From positions 295 to 64,294 of the forward strand of contig WJLJ01000083.1 of the NCBI GenBank assembly GCA_014728525.1: a stretch of 64,000 nt of DNA, written 5' to 3'. The translations under genes were made by a program, and so were the position numbers. This document shows positions 48,018 to 59,200 of this stretch, piece after piece. Below the pieces are notes generated by a model. That model had not been told where the DNA came from, did no database searches, and saw only the letters and a program-made list of their open reading frames with translations. Position 1 is the stretch's first letter. Each line of letters begins with the position of its first letter. Origin of the DNA: Candidatus Babelota bacterium. Its GTDB lineage: Bacteria > Babelota > Babeliae > Babelales > UASB340.

Positions 48018-49349
48018 TTAATGAAAATTCTTATCTAATTCTTTTTCAAGTAAAGTTCTTAATAACTTTCTCCTTTCTGCTTTTTTCTTCTTTCTAGAAA
48101 GTTTTTCAAACTTTTTAATTCTATCCTCTTTTAAAGCAGAAAGTTGCCTTCCTACTTCATCATATATTTTTTTATCTATATTTTTTTTAGAAATATTAAA
48201 AATACTTTTTATTTGTCCCTTATCTTTTTTTGGAATTCTCATCTTTGCTTGGATATTTTTAAATTTTTCATCGAAATAATTTTTCATTTTATTTTCAACA
48301 ACTTCTAAATCTATTATCCCCCTACTTTCATTTTCTTTTTTGGTAAAAAAATCTATTTTTTTTGTAAATTCATCCATCTTTTTATCAATATACATTTGCA
48401 ATCTTGCCTCTGTAGAAGAAAGTTTTGAATCTAGGGTATTTAAAAGCTGCTGATAATTTTTATTCATCTCTTCTTTATTTTTTTTGCTTTGTTCCTCTAT
48501 TCTATTCTCTATCGTAGAAAAAACTTCTTTTAGTTCTCCGCTTATATTTTTTCTTAATTGAGTTGAAAAATTCCGATAATCATCTTTTGTCATAAGTTGC
48601 CCCATGCCCAAGTTAACTCCATTCAATACAATAGGATTAATACTATTTCCAACTAAAGTTGTTTTTTTTATGTCTTTTAGATCCTCATTTACCAGTTTGG
48701 AAATTACTTCATCCGATAAATAAGAATTCTTATTCGGCTTTAATCCTCTTCGCATTTCTTCTAAAACATAAGTATTTATATCAGCCAAAACATTGAGTCT
48801 AATCTTTTTTTTGATAATAGAGCTTAAATTTAATTTTTTAGTAAAATTAGCAATTAACTTATCACATCGCCTTTGTGCATTGGCTATTCTTCCAACAAAA
48901 AATTTTTTTTCTTCTATTTCTTTATAACTTAAATCACCAATATTTTGTGTAGAACTAATCGCTTGGTCAAACCAATCTTGTTGGTCTCTAAAACTTTTTA
49001 AAAATTTATTTCTTGCTTGACTATCTTTCTCTCCATCTAAAACAACTTGTTTTATGATTGCTATGTCTTTATAAAATTTTTCGGAAACATCACTTTTCCA
49101 CTCAGAAGAAACCTCTTTAGGAACAGAATAAATATCTATAATGTCATTATTTTTTTGAGAAATATCAGAATATTCTTTTTTTAATTCTATGTTCTTATTT
49201 TTTTTTTCACTCTGAACCAAAACTTCAGTTTGAACTTCCTTTTTATCATAAATATTATTTTTTATCTCATTAGCAATTAGTAAATTGCCCGAAAAAAGAA
49301 AAATAACAAAACAAATACTTCTCATAAAAATTTTTTTAATAAAATTCAC
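48018..49349 (-). CDS. Secreted K/E-rich coiled-coil protein (443 aa)
   Basis: Signal-like N-terminus and long heptad-like charged stretches. It begins 19 nt after the upstream gene and ends 15 nt before the OMP gene. Confidence 0.6.
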   Translation of the reverse strand: MNFIKKIFMRSICFVIFLFSGNLLIANEIKNNIYDKKEVQTEVLVQSEKKNKNIELKKEYSDISQKNNDIIDIYSVPKEVSSEWKSDVSEKFYKDIAIIKQVVLDGEKDSQARNKFLKSFRDQQDWFDQAISSTQNIGDLSYKEIEEKKFFVGRIANAQRRCDKLIANFTKKLNLSSIIKKKIRLNVLADINTYVLEEMRRGLKPNKNSYLSDEVISKLVNEDLKDIKKTTLVGNSINPIVLNGVNLGMGQLMTKDDYRNFSTQLRKNISGELKEVFSTIENRIEEQSKKNKEEMNKNYQQLLNTLDSKLSSTEARLQMYIDKKMDEFTKKIDFFTKKENESRGIIDLEVVENKMKNYFDEKFKNIQAKMRIPKKDKGQIKSIFNISKKNIDKKIYDEVGRQLSALKEDRIKKFEKLSRKKKKAERRKLLRTLLEKELDKNFH

Positions 49350-49368
49350 ACTACTCCCTTTTTTTTAT

Positions 49369-52300
49369 TTATTCTCGAGTACCATCAAGATATATAACAA
49401 AAGGTTTGCCTCTATTTGAACCATAAACATAACCGGTTGTAGAATTATCACTATATACTTGATCATTTGTTTTTAAGTTAACAATTAAACCATTTTTTAA
49501 TCGCAATTTTTTCTTGCCATCAATATCATAAAATACCGTACTAACAGAAAGTCCGGGAACCATATTTATAAGTTTTGCAACCAAATCTCTCGCAGCAATA
49601 GAATCTTGCTGAAAATAATTTTGCTGTAATCTTCCTTCAAATCCTGATTCCAAAACTGCACCCGTTACATATTCAACCATACATAAACACTCATTAACTA
49701 TTCTTCCATTCCAATTATCCCAGTTTATTGTTCCTTCTACAGAATTAAAGCTTCTGTTTCTTCCCAGTCTTAATCTCCCTAAATTTTCAATAGATAAAAG
49801 TCCGTCATTATCAAAATGAAATTTTGTAAGATTTCCCTTCTTTTCAACTCCGTCTAATGCATTAATTTCAAAAATTCCGTCACCTCTTATAGAAAGAATA
49901 GATGCCTGTTCAAAATCTAAAGAAGCAGTTGTTTTTTGTATAGAGAATAAAGCTTTTTTAAAACCACAACTTTGAGTTCCGCACGGAATTCTAGATCCAA
50001 CCTGTATTACTGATGCTCTATCTATAATTATATCAAAATTATCATCTATAGAATCACCTATAATTAAATGCTCACCTTCTCCTATATTTATATGGGCACC
50101 TCTATCAAGAACAAAATTTGCATCTCCCAAGATTCTTAATAATCCATCATCTTCTATTTCAAGGCTCGCTGAATCTGTAAAAGCTATAGTTGATTTATTA
50201 TTTAAACCGGGTTCGGAAAGTTTTACCTTAAAACCATTAGAAAATAAAACCGTTCCTTTTCCTTTAAAAATTAAGCGCGATCCCTTTTTAACATCTAGAA
50301 TATTTATACCGCTAAAAGTTAATGTTAAATCTTTAAATCTTTCATCAAATTCAAAAGTTAATTCTGAATCCTCATAAAATTCGATGTCACCTAAAATTAA
50401 AAAATCATTTGTTATAACAATTTTATTATCATCACCGGCAACTGCAATTTTATCATTACTTTTTAAAGTCACAGTTCTTGTAGGATCCTGTTCTATAGTA
50501 GAATCAGAAGCCATTAATATTTCTAATCTCTCATCTTCGCTAACATAAAAATTAGTAATTGTTGCATCATTCATTAAATATCGCCCGGAAGCATTACCTA
50601 AGTCCTGATCAATATTTTGCAACCTTACAACCTTGACATCATCCGAATAATGATCTTCTGCATCAGGAGGAATATCTATCCCTCTAGTCAAATTTTCTTC
50701 AAAAAATTCTTCTTTAACATTTAAGTTTTCTAATTTTTTTAAATAAAGATCTATAGCCCTATCATAAATTTTGTGTAAAGCGGTATTTCTTTTAATATTT
50801 TTAATTTGATTTTTTAAAGGTAATGAAAGAACACCAAAATCTGTCACTACCGGAGATGGAATATCTTGCGATTCTAAAGATCTTCCCTCTATTACAAAGG
50901 GAGTTCCTCCGAAATCCGGATCATATAAATCCCAAATTGGATCATTAGAAACTAAAAGCGTGTTTATATCTAAAAAAGAATTTTCAAAAACTAAAAAACC
51001 ATTTTCTTCATTTCTTAATTGCACTTCATCATCATCAAAATATAATCTGGCATGACCATATAAAGATGTTAATTGTAAAAAATCGGTTGCAAAATGAACT
51101 ATAGGAATTCCTCCAACAACCTTATTTCCAATTCTCTCTCTTAAAATAAAATCAAAATGTATTGCATTATCACCAAAATCAGCAAATGATAAACTTCCAT
51201 CAAACTTTATATTATTTTTTAATAAAGCAAATTTATTTTCCAAACCCTCTATTACAAAAACCTTATCTATAGATTCAGTTTCACCTTCTGCTAATGTCAA
51301 ATTAATATCACCAACATTAACAATACTTCCACCAACTAATCCTATAGCTCCAACAAAATTTATACCTTCTTCTGTTTTCAAATATTTAAAACCTCTTAAT
51401 TCTATTTCTTGAAAAGCAATTGTATTTATGCCGGTATTAATTAAATTTTTATCAACCGTAACAGCACCAAAATCAGAATAAATATTCATGTCCGGAGCTA
51501 TTTCAAAATTTTTATTACCGGCAAGTCCCCTTACATAAAAAACATTCGCCACATCTTCAGATGCACTTATCAAGTTAATTCTTCCGTGAGAAAAGGTGAT
51601 ACTCTCTGCCAATTCAAATTCAACGTTTTCATCAACTTGAATTTTTCCATCTATAACTTGTTCTCCAACGGTATCCCGTTCTGCTCTTAAATCAAATGTA
51701 TTTTCATGTAAACGAACAAATTGTATATTTTTTAAAGTTACAGTTTTACCGGGTAAAACAACAAATTGCGATTGAGTAGGATCACAGAAAAATAATGTTG
51801 CACCATTACCGTTAATAGTAAGATCATCATGAATCCTTATGGTCTTACTTGGATGAATCAAACAACTGCATTGCAAATCAACATCTGAAGTAAGAGGAGC
51901 TTCATATAAAAATTTACACGGACAAACTTCTGAAGGAGTACTGCCACCTCCACCGGAAACATCCGAGCAACAAGTCTCTCTTACGGTACCTGTATTCAAA
52001 ACTGAAAAGTTTCCGCTAGAAATACCTGCCAAATCATTTCCCGGTTGCCAAATGTGGTCAACAAATAAAGGTTGATCAACTCTTAATTCCCCCGGCGTCA
52101 AAATTCTAGTATCTAACCATAAAGTTGTTCCGTCTACTGTTAAGGTTGCAATCGTATCAAAAGTCCAATCATAAGTTTTTAAAAGAAAAGTGGTAGTTCC
52201 CTCAACATAAATACCGCCTAAAGACATAGAAATATCGCCATTTAATTCAACATCAACGTTTGACATATAAATGGTACCGTCAGCATTGGAAAAAACAAAA

Positions 52301-53088
52301 CTGTTTGTATCAACACCTTTTAAATAAAGATCAACTAAATATAATGTGGCATCATTGCTTAAACTTAAAACTCCTCCACCGGATAAATCCAGAATATTTC
52401 CATTACCATTTAAAACAGCATTTCCTTCAAATTGCCATGTGGAATTTAAAATAGTTTTTCCATTTAAATTTATTTCTTGAGCGTCGTGAAAATCAATAAC
52501 AGTTGCCCAAATACTCTGCTTTCCGGGTAAATTTAAAGCTTGATTATTTAAAATAATATTTCCCGGTCCGCTAATTAAAACATTATCAGCCAAATACAAA
52601 TCATCTTCTAATAATAAGGTCCCACTATTTAAATTTAAATTTTGATTTAATTTACTTTGTATTGCTATTGTCAAAGACGTGCTTGAATCTAAAAAATTAA
52701 TTGCTGAATTAAATAAAGGCTGACCTTCTAATCTATTATTACTACCGCTAACTCTAAACTCTTGAATAACTGTTCCGGGTTCAGCATTAAACCTTCCATC
52801 ACCTTGAAGTTCAATTCGATCTGCACCGGTAGAATTATAAAGACCTGTTAAAAAACCTTCATTATTTTCTGTTAATAAAATACCTTCAACAAAATTTATA
52901 TTTTGACCCGCAACATTAGAACCATTTCTTTTTTCTAAAGTTCCGGACCAACCGGAAATAGTTGTTCCTATATTTAACTTAGAATTAGAATTTAATTTAA
53001 ACTTAGAATCTTGCCGAGAAAAACTTATTGTGGAGTTTAAATTACCAATAAAAAGAAATAATAAAGAAAAAACAAAAGTTTTTCTCAT
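49369..53088 (-). CDS. Giant secreted N/G/T/D-rich protein (1239 aa), probably a beta-helical surface protein; no C-terminal barrel signature
   Basis: Signal peptide MRKTFVFSLLFLFIGNLNS. Recurrent short beta-strand/turn patterns such as LNGNGNILDLSGGGVLSLSNDATLYLVDLYLKG. The C-terminus is ...VIYLDGTRE. Confidence 0.65.
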   Translation of the reverse strand: MRKTFVFSLLFLFIGNLNSTISFSRQDSKFKLNSNSKLNIGTTISGWSGTLEKRNGSNVAGQNINFVEGILLTENNEGFLTGLYNSTGADRIELQGDGRFNAEPGTVIQEFRVSGSNNRLEGQPLFNSAINFLDSSTSLTIAIQSKLNQNLNLNSGTLLLEDDLYLADNVLISGPGNIILNNQALNLPGKQSIWATVIDFHDAQEINLNGKTILNSTWQFEGNAVLNGNGNILDLSGGGVLSLSNDATLYLVDLYLKGVDTNSFVFSNADGTIYMSNVDVELNGDISMSLGGIYVEGTTTFLLKTYDWTFDTIATLTVDGTTLWLDTRILTPGELRVDQPLFVDHIWQPGNDLAGISSGNFSVLNTGTVRETCCSDVSGGGGSTPSEVCPCKFLYEAPLTSDVDLQCSCLIHPSKTIRIHDDLTINGNGATLFFCDPTQSQFVVLPGKTVTLKNIQFVRLHENTFDLRAERDTVGEQVIDGKIQVDENVEFELAESITFSHGRINLISASEDVANVFYVRGLAGNKNFEIAPDMNIYSDFGAVTVDKNLINTGINTIAFQEIELRGFKYLKTEEGINFVGAIGLVGGSIVNVGDINLTLAEGETESIDKVFVIEGLENKFALLKNNIKFDGSLSFADFGDNAIHFDFILRERIGNKVVGGIPIVHFATDFLQLTSLYGHARLYFDDDEVQLRNEENGFLVFENSFLDINTLLVSNDPIWDLYDPDFGGTPFVIEGRSLESQDIPSPVVTDFGVLSLPLKNQIKNIKRNTALHKIYDRAIDLYLKKLENLNVKEEFFEENLTRGIDIPPDAEDHYSDDVKVVRLQNIDQDLGNASGRYLMNDATITNFYVSEDERLEILMASDSTIEQDPTRTVTLKSNDKIAVAGDDNKIVITNDFLILGDIEFYEDSELTFEFDERFKDLTLTFSGINILDVKKGSRLIFKGKGTVLFSNGFKVKLSEPGLNNKSTIAFTDSASLEIEDDGLLRILGDANFVLDRGAHINIGEGEHLIIGDSIDDNFDIIIDRASVIQVGSRIPCGTQSCGFKKALFSIQKTTASLDFEQASILSIRGDGIFEINALDGVEKKGNLTKFHFDNDGLLSIENLGRLRLGRNRSFNSVEGTINWDNWNGRIVNECLCMVEYVTGAVLESGFEGRLQQNYFQQDSIAARDLVAKLINMVPGLSVSTVFYDIDGKKKLRLKNGLIVNLKTNDQVYSDNSTTGYVYGSNRGKPFVIYLDGTRE

Positions 53089-53285
53089 CCTTCACCTTTT
53101 TTTTTATTTCATAATACAATTTTTTTTTAAATTGTGTCTAGCTATTTTAGCAAAACAATTTTTACAATAGCAAAAAATAAAAATAAACTAACGAGATTAG
53201 ATTTTACTTGTAAAAACACAATTAATTGTTATAATTCCACTCTTATCTTATAAATAAGTAAAAATTATTTTAGGGGTTCTATAAT

Positions 53286-54356
53286 ATGTTTTCAGCAAAA
53301 AAAATAACATTAATTTTTATACTAATTTTACAAACCACACTTAATTACGGAAAAAGAAGATATAGTCCTTTCATGTACGGATATAAAGAAAATCCTATAG
53401 AAGCAAAAATAAACGCTTTGAAGATGCGGGAAGACTTAAAAAAAAGATTAAGAAAAAAAATAAATGATATTAGTAAAGAAATAGAAGATACTTCTGATGA
53501 AGAAGAAAAGAAAAAATTAGAAGAACGAATAAAAAAATATAAAGATATATTAGACGGTGACTGGGGAGACATATTATTAGCAGGAATAGCCGGAAAATAT
53601 GCAGAAAAAACTATAATTGACCCTGTTGGTAATAATAAATTAGAAGGAATCACAAAGGGTAGTATTCTTTTATTAGCAGGTTCTGCAAGTGATTCTGTTG
53701 GCAAATCAATGGAACACTATAGCAAAAAATTATTTGATTATTCACTTGGTTCAATAGAAAAAATGGTAAAAAATTTTATTACGTTTATATTTCACGGCGG
53801 TAAAAAACCTTTTACCATAGAAGAAATTATAAGTTGGAAAAAATTAATATCTTCTGATTTAAGAGAAATAGAGGTAATGCTAAAAAATGCAGAAAAAAAC
53901 TCTTCTGTAAGCAGAGAAGAAATATTAAGAGAAATAGAAACAAATGAGCATTATCAAGAAGAAAAAACAATAAACTTATGGAATGAATTTATTGAAGACA
54001 CAGCATGTACATGTGAACAACTTGCTCAAGAAATAGAAAATCGTAAAGAATATTATAAAAAAAATACGCTCGGATTTGGAATACAAAATATATCGGATAG
54101 AATTATAAATAAACTTTTAAAAACTAAAAATTGGCTTATAAGTGTTAAATCATTAAAAGATTTTGCATCACTTTCTGAAGTAAAATCAATAATACCCGCC
54201 ATGAAAAAATCTTTAGATAATTATTTTGAAAATCTGGAAAATCAAATTAAACCGTTAGATTCATCAAAAAGTAGTAAATCCAGTTTAAGCACCAGCTCCA
54301 GAAGACGCAATCATTGGGATGATGATGATGACGACTTACCGGATTATCTGTATTAA
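53286..54356 (+). CDS. Hypothetical secreted protein with a charged coiled region and an S-rich/poly-Asp tail
   Basis: Signal-like N-terminus. The C-terminus reads SSKSSKSSLSTSSRRRNHWDDDDDDLPDYLY. Confidence 0.55.
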   Translation: MFSAKKITLIFILILQTTLNYGKRRYSPFMYGYKENPIEAKINALKMREDLKKRLRKKINDISKEIEDTSDEEEKKKLEERIKKYKDILDGDWGDILLAGIAGKYAEKTIIDPVGNNKLEGITKGSILLLAGSASDSVGKSMEHYSKKLFDYSLGSIEKMVKNFITFIFHGGKKPFTIEEIISWKKLISSDLREIEVMLKNAEKNSSVSREEILREIETNEHYQEEKTINLWNEFIEDTACTCEQLAQEIENRKEYYKKNTLGFGIQNISDRIINKLLKTKNWLISVKSLKDFASLSEVKSIIPAMKKSLDNYFENLENQIKPLDSSKSSKSSLSTSSRRRNHWDDDDDDLPDYLY

Positions 54357-54371
54357 AAAAACAAATAAGTT

Positions 54372-55319
54372 ATGATACAAATGCTTGATATTAAAAAATT
54401 TTATTTACTCAAAATTATAACTTTCTTTTGTTTTTTTTCTTTATTTTCAAAAGATGATATTTATAAAAATTTTTCAGTTAAAAATATCAATGTTGATAAA
54501 ATAAAAGATAAAGAAAATTTTTATAAAAATATATTTGATATAAAACCAAAAATAAATAAAAGCATTATTGTAACAACAAGCATATTTGGTGGAATTTTTT
54601 TATCTTATATGGGTTTTAAATACTGGAACAAAAATAGAAACAACTATCAAACAGAAAAAAAAGTAATTAATGAAAAAACAAGCGAAAAAATAAATATATC
54701 AATAGAAGAACTGGAAAAATTAAAAACTAAAAGTAAATTCGGAAAAAATTTCAGTATAAAAAAAGCCGGAAAATATGGTCTTTCTAGAGGTGTAAGAAAA
54801 GGTATCTCTAATGGAATTATGACTTTTATATCACTTGGTGTTTTATATATTGCTACAGATATTTTAAAACCGATAAAAAATAAAGTTTTTAATTTTTTTA
54901 AATTAAAAGATAAAGAACATTTTTTTTATAATTATAAATCTTTACAATTAAGCCTAAAAACTATGCAGGATTTTTTTATTTTAAATCAATGTTATAAAGA
55001 AGAAATTGTAGATAATTATAACTTTTTTATAGAAAATGCAGAAAATTTTTTAGCTGTTACATCTGCAATATGCTCAAAAAAAATAATAGATCCGAATATT
55101 TATCAATCAATAAAAAATGAACAAAATTTAATGTTTAAAAATATATTTAATCTATCTGATAAACTAAATAATTTATTAAATAAATCTGCTGACAATACAT
55201 TTAATTTTGAAAAAACTTCAGATAAGTCTTCAGAAAAATTTTGGAATGATTTTAAATTAACAAACAATCAGATAATTAGATTTATGAAATTAAGTAGAAA
55301 TATTTTATATGCAAATTAA
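54372..55319 (+). CDS. Hypothetical membrane protein (315 aa)
   Basis: Hydrophobic segments: IITFFCFFSLF, IIVTTSIFGGIFLSYMGF and IMTFISLGVLYIATDIL. Confidence 0.5.
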   Translation: MIQMLDIKKFYLLKIITFFCFFSLFSKDDIYKNFSVKNINVDKIKDKENFYKNIFDIKPKINKSIIVTTSIFGGIFLSYMGFKYWNKNRNNYQTEKKVINEKTSEKINISIEELEKLKTKSKFGKNFSIKKAGKYGLSRGVRKGISNGIMTFISLGVLYIATDILKPIKNKVFNFFKLKDKEHFFYNYKSLQLSLKTMQDFFILNQCYKEEIVDNYNFFIENAENFLAVTSAICSKKIIDPNIYQSIKNEQNLMFKNIFNLSDKLNNLLNKSADNTFNFEKTSDKSSEKFWNDFKLTNNQIIRFMKLSRNILYAN

Positions 55320-56271
55320 ATCTGTTTTTTTAATAATCTTATGTTTTTTTTTATCCTGCATTAATATCTCTTGTGCAAACAAAGATATTAGTGATGCTGA
55401 ATTAATGCAATTATTGGATGAACTTTTTGATACCCCGGCAATATCTCAAAATTCTAAAAAAGAAGAAAAGGACAAAAAAGTCGATCTAAATCTACAAAAA
55501 AAAATAAAGGAAAAATCTGAAAAAACTTTTGATGAATTTATCAATCATCTTAATAGTTATTATCCCAAGGTCTTTGTAATAAGGGAAAAGTTTTTTTCAA
55601 GAATGACACCTGAAGATTTGGCTAAAGCCTTAAAACAAATAATAGATATTATTGCAAACAAACCATGGTTTTATTTAGAACAATTATTCAAACCAATAAT
55701 AAATAAATTAGAAAAAAAAGATAAAAAAGAGTGGCAAAAATCTGACTATGATATTGAATTTCTTATAAAATCTTTAAAAAATAAAAAGCTAAAAAATTTG
55801 AAAAACAAGCATGGATTTGAAAATTTTCTTGCTGATCAACTTGTATATTTTCATAACTTTTTAAAATTTGCAAAAGTAGATATTAATAAACTGGTTTATT
55901 TAGATAAAACAAAAAGATCTTTTTCGTTATATGGTCAAAAAAAGAATTCTAACGATACTCCGTTAAAAAAATATTGGTTTGAAAATGGAGAGTATGTTCA
56001 TTTTGATTTTTATGAACTCTGTGCAGATTATTGGTCAAGATTATTTATAAATAGCATTATCTCAGAACAATTAAATAAAACTTACAGATATTATGAAGAT
56101 TTAAAAGAAGTATTAAATTATCTTAAAAATTCTCCAAATGAATCAAAAGTTAATGAATATTTAAAAAGATATAAAAATCTTTTAAAACTTTTAAAACAAA
56201 AAAAATCATTAAATAATCAAACCAAAAAGAGTGATGACTTTTCGGAATTACTAGAATATTGGGACTCATGA
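55309..56271 (+). CDS. Hypothetical lipoprotein (320 aa)
   Basis: Lipobox FFLSC. The start overlaps the upstream gene by 11 nt. Confidence 0.5.
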   Translation: MQIKSVFLIILCFFLSCINISCANKDISDAELMQLLDELFDTPAISQNSKKEEKDKKVDLNLQKKIKEKSEKTFDEFINHLNSYYPKVFVIREKFFSRMTPEDLAKALKQIIDIIANKPWFYLEQLFKPIINKLEKKDKKEWQKSDYDIEFLIKSLKNKKLKNLKNKHGFENFLADQLVYFHNFLKFAKVDINKLVYLDKTKRSFSLYGQKKNSNDTPLKKYWFENGEYVHFDFYELCADYWSRLFINSIISEQLNKTYRYYEDLKEVLNYLKNSPNESKVNEYLKRYKNLLKLLKQKKSLNNQTKKSDDFSELLEYWDS

Positions 56272-59200
56272 GTTTTTTTATGAATAAAAGATTTATTATA
56301 AAAATTGTAGTATTAATTTTTTCAGCTAAGACAATTTTTTGTAACATTGATAGTGATTCTAAATTTATTAAAAAATTTATAAATGATTATGGTTTTAAGG
56401 CAAGAGACAGATATACTCATGAATATAATTCAGCCTTATTGGAAAAAACGGCATACAGCCTTGATGAATTAGAAGAAAATCTAGAAAAAAATAACATCAA
56501 TCTTTCCGGAAGATTAATCATATGCGGTTATGAAGAACAAGCTTTTCCATCATATTATTTTAGATACAAAAAAGCAGAAATTAATGACGAGGCAAGTTCA
56601 AAAAATAATGTTGGTTGGTCATTAAGATTACACAATATATTCGGTTTCTTAACAGGTTTTTTATTTAAAGACTTTAATTTTTATGCAAATAGATGGTTTA
56701 TGGGAGAAAATCCTGTAATAGAACACATAGATTCTGATGAAATAGAAATATTTAAAAATGAATCCGATATCTTTAACGAAGATTCATTCGGGCAAACTTT
56801 ACCAATAATGCAAGAAACTCAATACAAAATTATTAAAAACTTTAAAGAAAAAAATTACAATAAAATTTTTGAAGAACTTATTAAGTTTTGGAATTTCATA
56901 TATAAAAAAGAAACAAAGGTTGGTAACAATAAGCCTGCATCTACGCAAGATATTTTATTTTCCATAGAATATGCAAAACATTTAATAAGATCACCTTTAT
57001 CTTTTTTAAAATGGTATGTCGGCCCGGATATAACTTATCCAATAGAAGTATCGTCGGCTCAAGGTGAAGAAGCAACTATTCATGCGCAAAACTTTGTAAA
57101 AACTTTTGCACAAAATTTAAAACCTATCCAAAAAAAACCTACCGTTTTTATTTTTTGTAGTTTTGTAGACGGGGTAGGCAAAAGTACGCTTTTGGGAAAC
57201 ATTAAAAATTATTTTAAATATGGAACTAATATAAATGAATATGAAAGAGTGGATAATTCTTCTTCACAATTTGCAGAAATATTCAAATTAAAAAATAATG
57301 TTTTTATAGCCGATTTACCTGCACAAGTAAGTCATTTTACATATAAACCGGATGGATATGTATATGTAAATATTGAAAGAGAATATGATCAAAAATTAAT
57401 AAAAAAACTTCAACTGTTTGCAATTCAAAATAAAAAAAACTTAATAAAAAAATATAAAAATAATTTAGAAAAAGTAGAAGATATAATAAATACGCAAGGT
57501 TTTTTAACCTCCATATTTAACGACAAAAAAAATCCTGACTATGCTTTTATTAAAAATTTAATTTTAACAAAAAAAGCCAATTCCAATAACTGGATTCCTT
57601 TTAAAATAGAAGAAAAAAACTATATTTTTAATAAGAGCAATCCTAGCAAAATAAGAGTTTTTGTTCCATTAAAAATCGTACAATCAGAAGGCTTAAAAAA
57701 TATAGAAACAGAACAAATGCTTTTTTTAAAAGGAATAAAACTCCCCTTACCTTATAATTATTTTATTCAAGACCTAATTAATAAGTTAAAAACAAATGAA
57801 ATAGAAAATGTTGTTTTTGTAGATTTTATAAGCATGTATCCAAGATCATCCAGAGAAAATGTAAGAATAAATTATCTGATTCAACAACTAAGTCTTTTAG
57901 ATAGAAGTTTTGATATCAACTCAAGTTTATATAGAAACTTTATAAACGATTCGGAATTACTTTATATTTTATCTGAAAAAAAATCTTATGAAAAAATTGT
58001 TAAAGGTTTTAAGCTGGAAGTTCTTACAAGATTAGCACTTTTCAATCTAATAAATAAACATAAAAGTACAACTCTTAAAGGTATTCCTCTAGAAAAAATT
58101 ACTGAAAATATTAAAGATGAAATTTCAAAAATAAACAATAAAGATCTTTTTTTAGCGCAAGAATTTGTAAACATAAAAACTAAAGAAGAAATAAAAAAGC
58201 TAAAGAAAATTTTTGGAAAAACTAAAAATTATATTAATATTCAAAAATTATCTTTTAAAAACTTAATATATTTTTCAGAACTTTTATCAGATTTATTTAG
58301 TAACCATGTTAAAAACGAAAACTTAAATCAATTATGGCAATCACCAGAAATAATAAATAATAAATCCAAACAAGAAATTTATAGTGGCAAATTAGATAGA
58401 AAAATAAAAACTATAAATGACCAAGAATTATATTGTTATTATGTTTTTAATCCCGAATTCAGAGAAGAACACACACTCACACCTTTTTTAAGAATGCTAA
58501 GATCCTTTTGGTATGCTTCTATTACAAATTTATTTTTCAGTAAACCGACATCTCCGGAAACTTTATTCATAAAAGACGAGATTTATAATATTTCTCCATT
58601 GTTTTTAAAACTCGGACTAGATAATAGAATTTATCTCGTTCAAAATACTTACAATGAATGGGAAGAAAATCTTCCTAAAAAAAGTAAAGTCATGAAAAAT
58701 ATTTTTCATCTAAAAACAAATGAAAAAGAAGATTGGGTTAAATTTGATAATAAAGCATACCGTTCTAATTGGAATAGTACATCAACCGATTATGGTTTAT
58801 ATGCATTTGATTGCAACCTTGCAAATATAAAAAATACAAGAAAAACTGCATGTACATTTTTAGTTCAAAAATATCAAGAAGAAAAAGCTCCCGATCATAT
58901 AATAACCGCATCTAAGTTATATAAAAAAATAAAAAAAAGTTATGTTTGGAAACGGGAATATTCCAAAATATTAAAAAAGGCCAAAAAAAATAGTAAGCAA
59001 AAAAATAAAAGTAAAAACAAAAAAAATAAAAAATCAAAAATAAAAATAGGTACGCAAGAACAGAAACCGGCTCTCAGACTTATTACCAGACTACTTGTTA
59101 CCCTTGAGATGATTTTAAAAGATCCGAATTCAGATATTGCTATCAGATACTTAAATAGAAAAGATTTCAAAGCAGGAATCAAACTTTTTGAAAAAATGAC

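Noticed and set aside
53345-53704. Listed 119-aa minus-strand ORF, and similar antisense ORFs at 26056..26283, 58940..59182, 1066..1483 and 4234..4663
   Set aside because: All lie inside longer ORFs on the other strand that have recognisable motifs or signals. Their composition mirrors the sense-strand codon bias.
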